A DNA stretch of 64,000 nt. It comes from Candidatus Roizmanbacteria bacterium CG_4_9_14_0_2_um_filter_38_17 (GTDB lineage Bacteria; Patescibacteriota; Microgenomatia; GCA-00278855). A program made the position numbers and the translations under genes. Each line of letters opens with the position of its first letter. The first letter of the stretch is position 1. Shown piece after piece: positions 38,870 through 50,432 of the stretch. The notes below the pieces were generated by a model. It searched no databases. It was not told the origin of the DNA and saw nothing but the letters and a program-made list of their open reading frames with translations. Location of the stretch: NCBI GenBank assembly GCA_002788855.1, contig PFSB01000026.1, forward strand, positions 6,142 through 70,141. The letters run 5' to 3'.

Positions 38870-39479
38870 TTATTGATTATTTAAAGCCCAAATTTGTTTT
38901 GCTCTATCAGGCACACTTCCTGGAGAAGCTGTGCTGTAGCAACCAGTATCAGTAGGCCAGACTGCTTTAGAATTCCAGAGTTTTAATTCACACCGCTCTG
39001 GATCAGAAGTATTTTCTAAATTTGTTAACAAATCATATTGTTGACCATCTGCAGATACTCCATATGTATATGTTAGCGCAAACCACCAAGGTGTATCATC
39101 ATTCCCAAGCTTGTTGGATGGATCTTTTGGTACTTCACTAATAAATTCCAGAAAATTATTGTCTGTTGTCAACCAGTTTGCCTCTGAGCAGTAACTAGTT
39201 GCCCAGACATTACGATATCCACCACATGAGCTAGATGCTCTTATGGGGGGGGTATGTACCGTAACTGTCGTAATAAAGCTGAAGAGCTGTGCTTATCTGT
39301 TTAATATCTGTTCTGCGACGAGCATCTCTCGCCCTTACCATTGCAGACGTGAAAGAAGTTAGACCAGTCGCTGCTAGAAGACCAATGATGGAAATTACAA
39401 CCAATAGTTCAATAAGAGTAAATCCCTTTTTATGAACATTATATTTTGGTTGATTTTTACTGCGTAAAAAGCTTTTCAT
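38870..39479 (-). pseudogene. orphan type IV pilin split by a one-base frameshift in a C8 tract (39245-39252); phase-OFF allele or sequencing error
   Basis: [22 protein letters not shown]...YDSYGTYPP then stop; with C7 it reads [12 protein letters not shown]...WLTTDNN into ORF 38870-39172 (VPKDP, YDLLTNLE). Confidence 0.85.
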
Positions 39480-39651
39480 CTATTTTTTGTGGTAAAAGCA
39501 CTTTCTCTGATGAACTTGTTCCATGAAATAGCTCGTCTTCCAGTGGTGATAATTGGGCTTTTTTCTTTCCACCCCAAGCAAGAGATGTTATTATGATAAT
39601 CATCACTGCTATAAATCCAACTAATGCGTAGCTTATCCATTGTTTGCTCAT
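39457..39651 (-). CDS. small single-TM hypothetical protein
   Basis: [28 protein letters not shown]; ORF-track start lies in the MITE. Confidence 0.5.
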   Translation of the reverse strand: MSKQWISYALVGFIAVMIIIITSLAWGGKKKAQLSPLEDELFHGTSSSEKVLLPQKIDEKLFTQ

Positions 39652-39675
39652 ATTGTGATATATAACACTAATTGG

Positions 39676-39836
39676 GTAACCATTCACGAGTTTACAAAGG
39701 ATTCAAAACCGAGCTTTACATGAAATGGATAGCTTGGCTTTAGAATCGGATATAATCGCTCGCTTAAGGCAAGGCCATTCATTTCATGAAAGGCCTTGCC
39801 TTGTTTCGCTCAGTTTGTTAAATCCTGAATGGTTAC
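39676..39836. mobile_element. 161-bp non-autonomous MITE with IS66-type ends
   Basis: TIR GTAACCATTCA/TGAATGGTTAC; 8-bp TSD CTAATTGG at 39668-39675 and 39837-39844; carries REP doublet copy 3 (39766-39802). Confidence 0.85.
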
Positions 39837-39893
39837 CTAATTGGTAGTTGCTATTTGTAGGTAGTCTAGATATACTGTTTGTTGGTTATAAGC

Positions 39894-40316
39894 ATGGGTA
39901 ATTTTAGATACGAAAATAAATCAAGGGATAATAGGGATGATCGAGGTCCAAGAAGAACTGAGCTACACGACGCTGTGTGTGATGATTGTGGTAAGAACTG
40001 TAAAGTACCTTTTAGACCAACTTCTGGTAAACCAATATTTTGTAGTGATTGCTTTGATAAAAAAGGTGGAGGAAACAATGACCGTCCAGATCGAAGAGAT
40101 TCACGCGGTGGTGATAGGAGAAATGATAGACCACGGCCACCCCACTCTAGTCCTAGTGACCCAAACATCTCACGATTAGTAGAAAAAATAGATATCCTAA
40201 ACAGCAAGCTAGATCAGATCATTGACTTAGCAAATTCTATTATTACCACCAAAGAAAGGCCAAAAAAAGTTGCTCCTGTTAAAGAAGTTATCCCAGTTGT
40301 AGAAAAGACAGCTTAG
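39894..40316 (+). CDS. CxxC-x17-CxxC zinc-ribbon domain protein
   Basis: HDAVCDDCGKNCKVPFRPTSGKPIFCSDCF. Confidence 0.85.
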   Translation: MGNFRYENKSRDNRDDRGPRRTELHDAVCDDCGKNCKVPFRPTSGKPIFCSDCFDKKGGGNNDRPDRRDSRGGDRRNDRPRPPHSSPSDPNISRLVEKIDILNSKLDQIIDLANSIITTKERPKKVAPVKEVIPVVEKTA

Positions 40317-40340
40317 TTACTGATTTTCCTTGCTAGGTGA

Positions 40341-42308
<1,968 letters not shown>

Positions 42309-42335
42309 CTATATGAAAGGAAGTGATTTCACAAT

Positions 42336-42842
42336 ATGAAAAATATACCAGCGGGTAAAAACCCGCCAAAATTAATAAACGTATATATTGAGATTCCTGC
42401 TGAAGGGGATATTAAGTATGAAATCGACGAAGATTCAGGAGCACTTTTTGTGGATCGTTTTGCATTTACAGCTTTTGTGTATCCGTTTAATTACGGATTC
42501 ATACCAAATACAAAAGGGGAAGATGGAGATGCATTAGATGTGTTAGTATTGTCTAGTAAAAAGGTTGCCCCAGGAGTAGTAATACCGTCCCGACCAGTTG
42601 GGATGCTAGAGATGGAAGACGAAGAGGGAATAGATACTAAAATATTAGCAGTACCTGTAGAAAAAGTTGATCCATTCATGGCACATGTGCAAGATATAAG
42701 CGATGTTACTGATCCAGTGAAGAATCAGATACGCCACTTTTTTGAGCACTATAAAGAATTAGAGCCAAATAAATGGGTTAAACTGAAAGACTGGAAGGAT
42801 AAGGCGTCTGCAATGGAGCAAATCCAGAAGTCATTGAAGTAA
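42336..42842 (+). CDS. ppa: inorganic pyrophosphatase (family I)
   Basis: KYE, YPFNYGFIP, DGDALDV, DTKI, HFFEHYKELE. Confidence 0.95.
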   Translation: MKNIPAGKNPPKLINVYIEIPAEGDIKYEIDEDSGALFVDRFAFTAFVYPFNYGFIPNTKGEDGDALDVLVLSSKKVAPGVVIPSRPVGMLEMEDEEGIDTKILAVPVEKVDPFMAHVQDISDVTDPVKNQIRHFFEHYKELEPNKWVKLKDWKDKASAMEQIQKSLK

Positions 42843-42849
42843 TAGTTTT

Positions 42850-45489
42850 ATGGAAACAGAAGAAAATAAAGAACAAGCCACTGGCTTGAGAGACACTAAA
42901 TTCGGTAAAATTCGTGAAGTAAATCTCACGAGTGAGGTGCAGAAGTCGTATTTAGATTATGCAATGTCTGTTATTGTGGCTCGAGCTCTTCCTGATGTTA
43001 GGGATGGGTTAAAGCCTGTGCATAGGCGGATTCTTTTCTCTATGCACAAGATGGGACAGCACCACAGCGCTAAGTACACTAAGTCAGCCAAGATCGTTGG
43101 AGAAACCATGGGAAAGTACCATCCACATGGAGATGGTCCAATTTATGGGTCTCTTGTCCGCATGGCGCAAACATTTGCAATGCGTTATCCATTAGTTGAT
43201 GGACAAGGTAACTTTGGCTCTATGGATGGAGATCCACCCGCTGCAATGCGTTACACAGAAGCTAAACTTACTAAGATTGCTGATGAGTTGTTGCTGGATA
43301 TAGATAAAGACACGGTAGATTTCGAAGACAACTTTGATGGATCACTTCAAGAACCCAATTACCTTCCGGCCCGCCTTCCTAATATGCTTCTGGCGGGAGC
43401 AGAAGGTATTGCGGTGGGAATGGCAACGAAAATTCCACCACATAATCTATCAGAAGTTGTAGATTCTTTTGTGCATTATCTAGATAATACTAACGCTAAA
43501 TATGAAGTATTAACCGAAGAAAATAAAAAAGAAGTAGCTCTAGCGTCAGTTAATGAACCATTTGTTGAAACTAAGTTTCTGGAAATCCTAAAACAGGACG
43601 TGGTGATGACTAATGATCTGACAGTCGATGATCTGTTAAAACATATTAAGGGTCCAGACTTTCCAACCGCCGGTATTATATATGGTAAAGAAGAGCTGCA
43701 TCATGCTTATGCAACTGGGAAAGGGAAAATTACGGTGCGTGCAAAAGCAGAAATTAAAGATATTGGCAATGGTAAATCAGCCATTATTGTGACAGAACTA
43801 CCATATCAGGTAAACAAAGCAAATCTTATTGCGAAGATTGCAAACTTAGTTCGTGATAAAAAACTTGAAGGGATCGTTGACCTACGAGATGAATCTGATC
43901 AAAGAGGCGTACAGGTATATATTGAACTTAAACGCGACTCAGTACCTAAAAAGACCTTAAACCAGTTGTTTAAACTTACTGAGCTACAAACTGTATATCC
44001 AATCAACATGGTGGGCTTAGTAGGAAAGCAGCCCCAGACACTAACTTTAATGCGGATTACCGAAGAGTTTGTTAAACATCGCCATAAGGTAATTAAGCGC
44101 AGATCTATATACCAGCTACGAGAAGCAAAACGTCGAGCTCATATCTTAGAAGGATTGAAGATTGCTGTAGATAATATCGATGAGATTATTGCCTTAATTA
44201 GAAAAGCACCAAATGTTGATGAGGCTAGAATCCGGCTCATGGAGAAATTTAAATTATCTGAACTGCAGGCTCAAGCAATTTTAGATATGCAGCTAAAGAA
44301 GCTTTCCGCATTGGAGAGGAAAAAAATTGACGATGAATACAAGGAGCTTGAAAAAATTATTAATGGACTCGAGAAACTACTATTGCACCCAGGTCAAATA
44401 CTAGATGATATTAAGACTGAGCTACTGGAATTAAAAGAGAAGTATGGTGATAAGAGAAGAACTAAGATTATTGCTGCTCAAGCTGGAACATTTTCCGACG
44501 AGGACTTAATCCCTAATGAAGAAATAATCGTAACTATAACCCGCGATGGATATATAAAAAGAGTTCCTGTAAGTACTTACAAGGCGCAAAGAAGGGGAGG
44601 TAAGGGTGTCTCTGGTATGACTACAAAAGAAGAAGATAGTATTGAAAAAATCATGTTCGCCAAAACCCATGACAATATCTTATTCTTTACAAACAAAGGA
44701 CGAGTGTTTCAGGATCGAGTATGGGAATTACCAGATAGCTCTAGAAAGTCCAAAGGTAAGGCAGTTGTAAATATTATTGAAGCACAGCGTGATGAAGAAG
44801 TGGCTACAATTCTAACTTATGCACCATTGAAGGATGAGCAAAAAATAGATAAGTATATATTGTTGGTGACTAAAAAAGGCACTGTCAAAAAGACAAAATT
44901 AGTAGATTTTAAGAATATTCGCACAAGCGGAATTATTGCAATGAACCTTATAGAAGGCGATCAGCTACGCTGGGCAGCCATGACTAAGGGTAACGATGAT
45001 ATTCTCTTAGCAACTAAATCTGGTATGTCTATTAGGTTTACTGAGAAAGATATCAAACCTTACTCAAGAGCAGCTCAAGGAGTAAGAGGTATTACGCTAA
45101 AGAACAAAGACGAAGTAGTAGGTATGGAGGTTTTTAGTAAAGAGATAATAAAACCAGATGATAAACGCAAAGCTGCATTTCGAGATATGTTAACTATCTC
45201 AGAGAAGGGGATCGGAAAAAGAACACCTATTGAGAAGTTTAATATCCAAAAAAGAGGAGGTATTGGAATTAAGCTTATGAAAACCAATGATAAAACCGGG
45301 CTAGTGGTTGCATCTCGCATGGTAGACAATGAAACAGATGCCGTCGTTATAACCTCATATGATGGACAGGTTATAAAACTACCTATTAAAAATGTTCCTC
45401 AACTTGGAAGAAATACCCAAGGAGTTATTATGATGCGGTTTACTAAAAAAACAGATAAAGCTGTGTCCGCAGCGCTTCTAACAAAGTAA
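42850..45489 (+). CDS. gyrA: DNA gyrase subunit A
   Basis: YLDYAMSVI, HPHGD, AAMRYTE, GyrA box QRRGGKG. Confidence 0.97.
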   Translation: METEENKEQATGLRDTKFGKIREVNLTSEVQKSYLDYAMSVIVARALPDVRDGLKPVHRRILFSMHKMGQHHSAKYTKSAKIVGETMGKYHPHGDGPIYGSLVRMAQTFAMRYPLVDGQGNFGSMDGDPPAAMRYTEAKLTKIADELLLDIDKDTVDFEDNFDGSLQEPNYLPARLPNMLLAGAEGIAVGMATKIPPHNLSEVVDSFVHYLDNTNAKYEVLTEENKKEVALASVNEPFVETKFLEILKQDVVMTNDLTVDDLLKHIKGPDFPTAGIIYGKEELHHAYATGKGKITVRAKAEIKDIGNGKSAIIVTELPYQVNKANLIAKIANLVRDKKLEGIVDLRDESDQRGVQVYIELKRDSVPKKTLNQLFKLTELQTVYPINMVGLVGKQPQTLTLMRITEEFVKHRHKVIKRRSIYQLREAKRRAHILEGLKIAVDNIDEIIALIRKAPNVDEARIRLMEKFKLSELQAQAILDMQLKKLSALERKKIDDEYKELEKIINGLEKLLLHPGQILDDIKTELLELKEKYGDKRRTKIIAAQAGTFSDEDLIPNEEIIVTITRDGYIKRVPVSTYKAQRRGGKGVSGMTTKEEDSIEKIMFAKTHDNILFFTNKGRVFQDRVWELPDSSRKSKGKAVVNIIEAQRDEEVATILTYAPLKDEQKIDKYILLVTKKGTVKKTKLVDFKNIRTSGIIAMNLIEGDQLRWAAMTKGNDDILLATKSGMSIRFTEKDIKPYSRAAQGVRGITLKNKDEVVGMEVFSKEIIKPDDKRKAAFRDMLTISEKGIGKRTPIEKFNIQKRGGIGIKLMKTNDKTGLVVASRMVDNETDAVVITSYDGQVIKLPIKNVPQLGRNTQGVIMMRFTKKTDKAVSAALLTK

Positions 45490-46290
45490 TTGATCATGCT
45501 AATTAGCGGCACATCACTTACAGCCAAATTAGACCTTCAACTTAGAGCTAAAATAGATAAACTTAGCCTAAAACCCAGACTAGCAATTGTACAAATAGGT
45601 GATAATCCTGAATCAGATAGCTATGTAGGAGCTAAGAAAAGAGGTGCTGAAAAACTTGGTATTAAAGTACACCACGTCCAGATAAAGAAGCACATATCTA
45701 CATTAGAGCTAATTTCCAAAGTCCAAGAATTAGGAAAAGATAAAAATATTCATGGAATTATTGTCCAACTACCCTTGCCTACAATCCTAGACACCAAAAG
45801 GATTATTACAGCTGTTCCGGCCAACAAAGACGTAGATGGGTTTAATCACGAATCTCCCTTCACTCCACCTGTTGCTTTAGGAGTACTTGAGATAATAAAG
45901 GCTACAGAAAAAAACTTACATAGTAAGAATATTGTTGTCTTGGGTAGAGGGATTACAGGTGGAGATACAGTTATTCGTACATTAGATAAGCTAAATATTC
46001 CTCATGTAGTTATTCATTCAAAAACCCACAATCCCGATGAAATACTAAAAAAGGCGGACATAATAATTTCAGCAGTTGGTAAGCCAGAAATTATTAAAGC
46101 AAAAGTTTTAAAACCGGGTGTTAAATTAATAAGTATAGGGATAACTAAAACTAAAAATGGATTGGTAGGGGACTACAACGAGGAAGAAATTAAAGATATA
46201 GCTAGTTTTTACACCCCCACTCCTGGAGGCATCGGCCCCCTCACCGTCCACTTCCTAATGGAAAACGTCTACGAAGCAGCTAAGAATTAA
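45490..46290 (+). CDS. folD: bifunctional methylene-THF dehydrogenase/cyclohydrolase
   Basis: GIIVQLPLP, KDVDG, TPTPGGIGPLTV. Confidence 0.93.
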   Translation: MIMLISGTSLTAKLDLQLRAKIDKLSLKPRLAIVQIGDNPESDSYVGAKKRGAEKLGIKVHHVQIKKHISTLELISKVQELGKDKNIHGIIVQLPLPTILDTKRIITAVPANKDVDGFNHESPFTPPVALGVLEIIKATEKNLHSKNIVVLGRGITGGDTVIRTLDKLNIPHVVIHSKTHNPDEILKKADIIISAVGKPEIIKAKVLKPGVKLISIGITKTKNGLVGDYNEEEIKDIASFYTPTPGGIGPLTVHFLMENVYEAAKN

Positions 46291-46296
46291 TCAATT

Positions 46297-46311
46297 AAAG
46301 GCTGGACCTTT
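46297..46311. repeat. REP AAAGG-CTGGA-CCTTT, downstream of RAYT2
   Basis: Exact reverse complement at 47046-47060. Confidence 0.85.
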
Positions 46312-46323
46312 TATAGGGTTGAA

Positions 46324-47034
46324 TTAACGCCCTATGTCCAACATAAGACTTGATATATTCTCTGCTTCGCTGTCATCGTTTGAAGAGATTATAAAATTGT
46401 AGATAGACTTACTATCTTTGAATTTCCCTGAAAAAAAATCTGTTGTAACTATTTTGTCATTCTTGTTAGAAATGTAAATAGGCAAGGAAGACCACTGATA
46501 ATCCGGCAATTTATTTTTACTAATTAAACCTGCTTCAGATGGATTTAAGTGAATATAGCGAAATACTTGTAACAGTTGTGGCTCTGAGCTTATTGTAACC
46601 GCTTTATAATTTCCTTCATAAACTGATCCGGTAAAATTCTTCTGAAGGTTAAAGTACATTGAATATGCTGTAGCTATTTTTTGCATGAACTTGGGTATTC
46701 CTCTATCTTGAACTTGTCTTAGTAATAGATGAAAGTGATTGGGCATTTCAACATAAGCGTGTATTTGAACTAATGGATGAATTAGCTTACTCTTTGAGAG
46801 AATTTCATTTAGCTGCTCAATTGAACTTCCATTCTTGATAGTTTGATTTAGCCTGAATAGGTAGTGACCATATGAATAATCGTAATTATTACACCAATAT
46901 AATAATTGCTCCCATCTTTGATAGTCTCTATTGTTAATATAGATATCTGACTTGCGTACACCACGATTAAAGATGTGGTAGAAATTGTCGTTATAAAATT
47001 GTAATTTACGAACCACCACAAATAATAATATCAC
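46324..47034 (-). mobile_element. REP-associated tyrosine transposase (RAYT; Y1 HUH) no. 2
   Basis: FYHIFNRG, MPNHFHLL, YIHLNP, YQWSS. Confidence 0.9.
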
Positions 47035-47045
47035 TATATATTAAG

Positions 47046-47123
47046 AAAGGTCCAGCCTTTAAAAGATTTATGTGAAGAATGAGTATGGGGCTTGAAATCA
47101 GTCCTATTAAAAGTCCAGCCTTT
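47046..47123. repeat. two REP copies AAAGGTCCAGCCTTT (47046-47060) and AAAAGTCCAGCCTTT (47109-47123), upstream of RAYT2
   Basis: Reverse complements of 46297-46311. Confidence 0.85.
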
Positions 47124-47128
47124 AATAC

Positions 47129-48082
47129 TCACCTTTTGTTGCCTCGGTGAAATTGTTCGTGGATTTTTTTAAGTTGAGGGTTTGTTACGTGAGTATATAT
47201 CTGGGTTGTCGCAATATTCTTGTGTCCTAGCATTTCTTGGACTGAGCGGATATCTGCTCCTGATGTTAAAAGATCGGTAGCGAAGGTGTGTCTGAGCGTA
47301 TGGGGTGTTGGTTTTATAGGTAGCTTGGCTCGTTTTGCATACTTTGTAACAGCCCTTTGAATACTACGAGGAGTTAGCCTGTATTTATTACCTTTAGTAG
47401 AGTGGGTGATTAGTTTTTTGGTTGTGGGTTGTTTGCCAAGGTGGCGAATAAATAATGGCTGATAATCGTCTGTACGCTCAGATATATAACGCTCAAGCCA
47501 ATGCACAGATCGATCAGAGAGAAATACGATGCGGGGTCTTCGGCCTTTACCAATAACACCAAACTCTTTCCGTTCAAGATTGACCTGGTCCCGATCTAAG
47601 CGCGATAATTCGGCCACCCGCAGTCCTGTTGAAAACAACATCTCAAGGATAGCTTTATCACGTAATTCATTGAGCTTACCAGGATTAGGTTGAGCAAGTA
47701 AGCGCTCAAGCTGATCTAGATCTAATACCTCCACTTGTCTAGCTTCCGGCTTGGGAATGTCTATTTTATCTGGCTCTAATGTAGGTATATCATTCTTGAT
47801 TAAATACCTTAAGAAAGATCTAAGACCTATGACGTGGTAACCTTGAGTTTTTGAGGAAATAGGTTCGCCTTTGTTGTTTTTAAATGTGGTTAAGTGTAAT
47901 CTGTATTTACGAACTATATCTACAGTTAGCTCCTGGGCCGAAAGGGGAGAGGAGTGGCTTTTTAAGTAGCTTAAAAAACGAGTAAGATAATGACGGTAGT
48001 TGCGGATAGTTAAATCCGAAACATTTCTTTCAACCTTTAAATGAGCTAGATATTGTTCAACAAGATCGGGGAGGAGTATCAT
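47129..48082 (-). CDS. XerC/XerD-family tyrosine recombinase
   Basis: TGLRVAEL, GKG, HTLRHTFAT, VQEMLGH..IATTQIYTH; start moved to ATG 48082. Confidence 0.93.
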   Translation of the reverse strand: MILLPDLVEQYLAHLKVERNVSDLTIRNYRHYLTRFLSYLKSHSSPLSAQELTVDIVRKYRLHLTTFKNNKGEPISSKTQGYHVIGLRSFLRYLIKNDIPTLEPDKIDIPKPEARQVEVLDLDQLERLLAQPNPGKLNELRDKAILEMLFSTGLRVAELSRLDRDQVNLERKEFGVIGKGRRPRIVFLSDRSVHWLERYISERTDDYQPLFIRHLGKQPTTKKLITHSTKGNKYRLTPRSIQRAVTKYAKRAKLPIKPTPHTLRHTFATDLLTSGADIRSVQEMLGHKNIATTQIYTHVTNPQLKKIHEQFHRGNKR

Positions 48083-48084
48083 AT

Positions 48085-48118
48085 CCACAGTGTAACACAC
48101 ATTGTGCGACACTGTCAA
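48085..48118 (-). promoter_or_regulatory. xer promoter TTGACA-N18-TACACT (extended -10) containing the dif-arm GTGTCGCACAA
   Basis: Minus strand TTGACAGTGTCGCACAATGTGTGTTACACTGTGGATATG. Confidence 0.6.
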
Positions 48119-48138
48119 CCTATTGTACAATAGTAACT

Positions 48139-49059
48139 ATGATTAAGTTGGGAATTAAGGTTGGAGCAAATGAGGATGATATTGCGAGATTGGAAAAAAC
48201 TAATCCAAATAGCATGGAGGTTAGATTTATCCTGGAGCAAGCCAAATTATTTAAGCCAGTACTAAATTACGCCAAAAAGCATAATATTCAAGCTAATTTT
48301 CACCACTGGGCGGCGTTTGATGGAGTCTTAGCTAATACAGCTGCACCTGGAAAATTTGGCAAGGAGTCGGTTCAAACAGTAGTAGATACTATAGATACAG
48401 CAGCTGAAAATAAGGGTGGATACGTCGTTTATCATACCGGTACAACCTGGCAAAACAAGGTTGATCATAAAGTTGGCAGACTCACTCCACTTGCGCAAAT
48501 AGCAACCGAAGATGAGGCAATTGGGCTATTTACTACGCGCGCCTTAAAGCTCCATAGATATGCTAATAGCAAAGGAATTCAGCTCATACTTGAGACTACC
48601 CCGATGTTTGACGCAGCCCAATGGATGTCACAGATTGGTCGCTTAAAGCGTATAAGCATCGGTAAGCTACCAATTTCGATAATAGACACCCTGGCAGATC
48701 AAGGCATTAATATAGCCAATGACTTTGAACACACCGCCTGTAATTATCCTGATCATGACCATGCCGAAACATTTGACTACCTATACACTAAAACCCAGCA
48801 ATTACTTAGTCAGACAAAACTGTTACATTTGGGATATTTAATTCCACCATATAACGGAACAGATTATCATGGTGACTTATCTAATCCAGAATTTTCTACA
48901 GATGTTGCATTGCCAAATAAAAATGAAATGTTAAAACTCTTGGAGCTTTTTAAAAACCATGAAAAGCTCTGGATTATTTCAGAACCAAAGACAGACCATG
49001 TGGGATCCTATGAAAAAGCGAGTGATCTCCTACAATCTGCAGGCATTAGATTCGAATAG
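48139..49059 (+). CDS. TIM-barrel protein (xylose isomerase/AP endonuclease 2-like)
   Basis: VVYHTG, LILET, NDFEH, LHLG, DYHG pattern of metal ligands. Confidence 0.55.
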   Translation: MIKLGIKVGANEDDIARLEKTNPNSMEVRFILEQAKLFKPVLNYAKKHNIQANFHHWAAFDGVLANTAAPGKFGKESVQTVVDTIDTAAENKGGYVVYHTGTTWQNKVDHKVGRLTPLAQIATEDEAIGLFTTRALKLHRYANSKGIQLILETTPMFDAAQWMSQIGRLKRISIGKLPISIIDTLADQGINIANDFEHTACNYPDHDHAETFDYLYTKTQQLLSQTKLLHLGYLIPPYNGTDYHGDLSNPEFSTDVALPNKNEMLKLLELFKNHEKLWIISEPKTDHVGSYEKASDLLQSAGIRFE

Positions 49060-49287
49060 CTATCAAACTTAAGACCCTATTATCAAAGACGCCTTACAGG
49101 GCCTCTGGGAGCCTCTTACCCTCAAAATCTGTGTCAATTTGAGCTCAAACAGTATAGTTGGAAAATTAATTTAGAATAAGACGGGTAGGAGAGTAAGTGA
49201 TATTGGAAAATAGAAAAGTGTTGGGATTTTTTGAAATTTTAGATTTGATGCGCTTAAAAGCGTCTTGTTCACTTAAGAGCGAGCAAG

Positions 49288-49315
49288 ACGTCGTAAAAGG
49301 TATATTGTGCGACAT
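49288..49315. other. dif-like Xer recombination site (11-6-11)
   Basis: ACGTCGTAAAA-GGTATA-TTGTGCGACAT; arms 8/11 complementary; in a ~580-bp gap 1.2 kb from xer. Confidence 0.6.
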
Positions 49316-49637
49316 ACTATAAAGCTGATTAAAACTTCATACATATGGCTAATAATAGAGTGGCGTATCATAAGCTCTACTAGCTTAAGCATAGAGACAA
49401 CACGCGTTAAGTACCACTACTGTTCGTTACTACCCAATCTTATCAAGAGGTCTTGATAGGTATTTTCGCTTTTGTTTGTTGCTAGAGTTAGTTTTAGTTT
49501 GGACCTTTAATTGGCGCTAATCTGTATTTTTTGAGCTCACACATATTCTTTTATTAGCATACTATATCTTATCAGTGCTAAAGTTATACACAAAATACTA
49601 TGGGATTACTATAGGCCTTCGCCTCCCCTCTCCCCTT

Positions 49638-50432
49638 TTAGTTTGTCCAGGAAGTTGTAAACAAGGCTAGTAAAAAAACTAGTAAGGCTACAAGTGAAAA
49701 TTCACGGAGAGTGCGAGGAAATAGTCGCTCAATTAGCTCCTGTTGGGTAACCCCAACTCCAAAATAAAACAGAGTAGTCAGTAGCAATGCCTGCATTGTA
49801 GATTTTATTGGCCAAAAGCTTAAGGCAAGGCTTACCTCCGCTAATGACAAAGCTAATAGGAGCGAGAGAAAAAGCAGTCGCCTACTATACTCATTTGTCA
49901 GTTTCATATACCATAAGCTATGAAGGGTTAATGGGAAGCTAATACACAATACAATTCCTGCATTATAAAAGGGATTAAGATGTAGCGATAAAACTGTTTC
50001 AAATAATAGGAAAAGAGCAAGTAGAGTGATGAGCAAGGCAATCGAACGGGCTACTCTTAAAAGTTGAATTGTCTTGTCTGTACCAATATTAAAGATATTT
50101 TCAGTTAAAAGAATTGCGTAATACCCCACCCCATAAAGCATTGCCATGGGTAAACGCGTTAACCAACGCACTGGTAGCAAAAAATAGAAAAATGAGACTG
50201 CTGCTGTGAAAAATGCAAGAAGTATAACTGCTGTAATACGCCTCATGCCCACAAAATCTGTACTAAATACAATGTAGGCTGCAGCTCCAGAAAATAGTGA
50301 CAAAGCTATCGCAATGGGAAAATAATAATCAACGTTAGTAACCAACTGAGTAGCTATTAGACCCAGTGTTACAATTATTGTTAAAGCTGTAAAACGCTGA
50401 CGTTTATTTAGCTTCCGCAGTGTAATCTGCAT
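49638..50432 (-). CDS. polytopic membrane protein (DUF5656-like)
   Basis: Many TM helices; LLTENIFN...IQLLRVA, ALSFWP; start uncertain, family from recall. Confidence 0.6.
   Translation of the reverse strand: MQITLRKLNKRQRFTALTIIVTLGLIATQLVTNVDYYFPIAIALSLFSGAAAYIVFSTDFVGMRRITAVILLAFFTAAVSFFYFLLPVRWLTRLPMAMLYGVGYYAILLTENIFNIGTDKTIQLLRVARSIALLITLLALFLLFETVLSLHLNPFYNAGIVLCISFPLTLHSLWYMKLTNEYSRRLLFLSLLLALSLAEVSLALSFWPIKSTMQALLLTTLFYFGVGVTQQELIERLFPRTLREFSLVALLVFLLALFTTSWTN

Noticed and set aside
16720-39479. Diversity-generating retroelement or shufflon acting on pilins
   Set aside because: No reverse transcriptase, no template/variable repeat pair and no invertase-type repeated crossover sites within pilin genes were seen.
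47129-48130. Prophage or integron integrase
   Set aside because: XerC/D-like size and motifs, no phage genes and no attC array seen.
49554-49581. Second CIRCE-like element (TTAGCATAC...CAGTGCTAA)
   Set aside because: The spacer is 10 nt rather than 9, there are several mismatches, and no gene starts downstream.
49060-49637. oriC in the long intergenic gap
   Set aside because: Only one DnaA-box match (TTATACACA, 49584-49592) was seen, dnaA is absent and the flanking genes converge; the dif-like site fits better.
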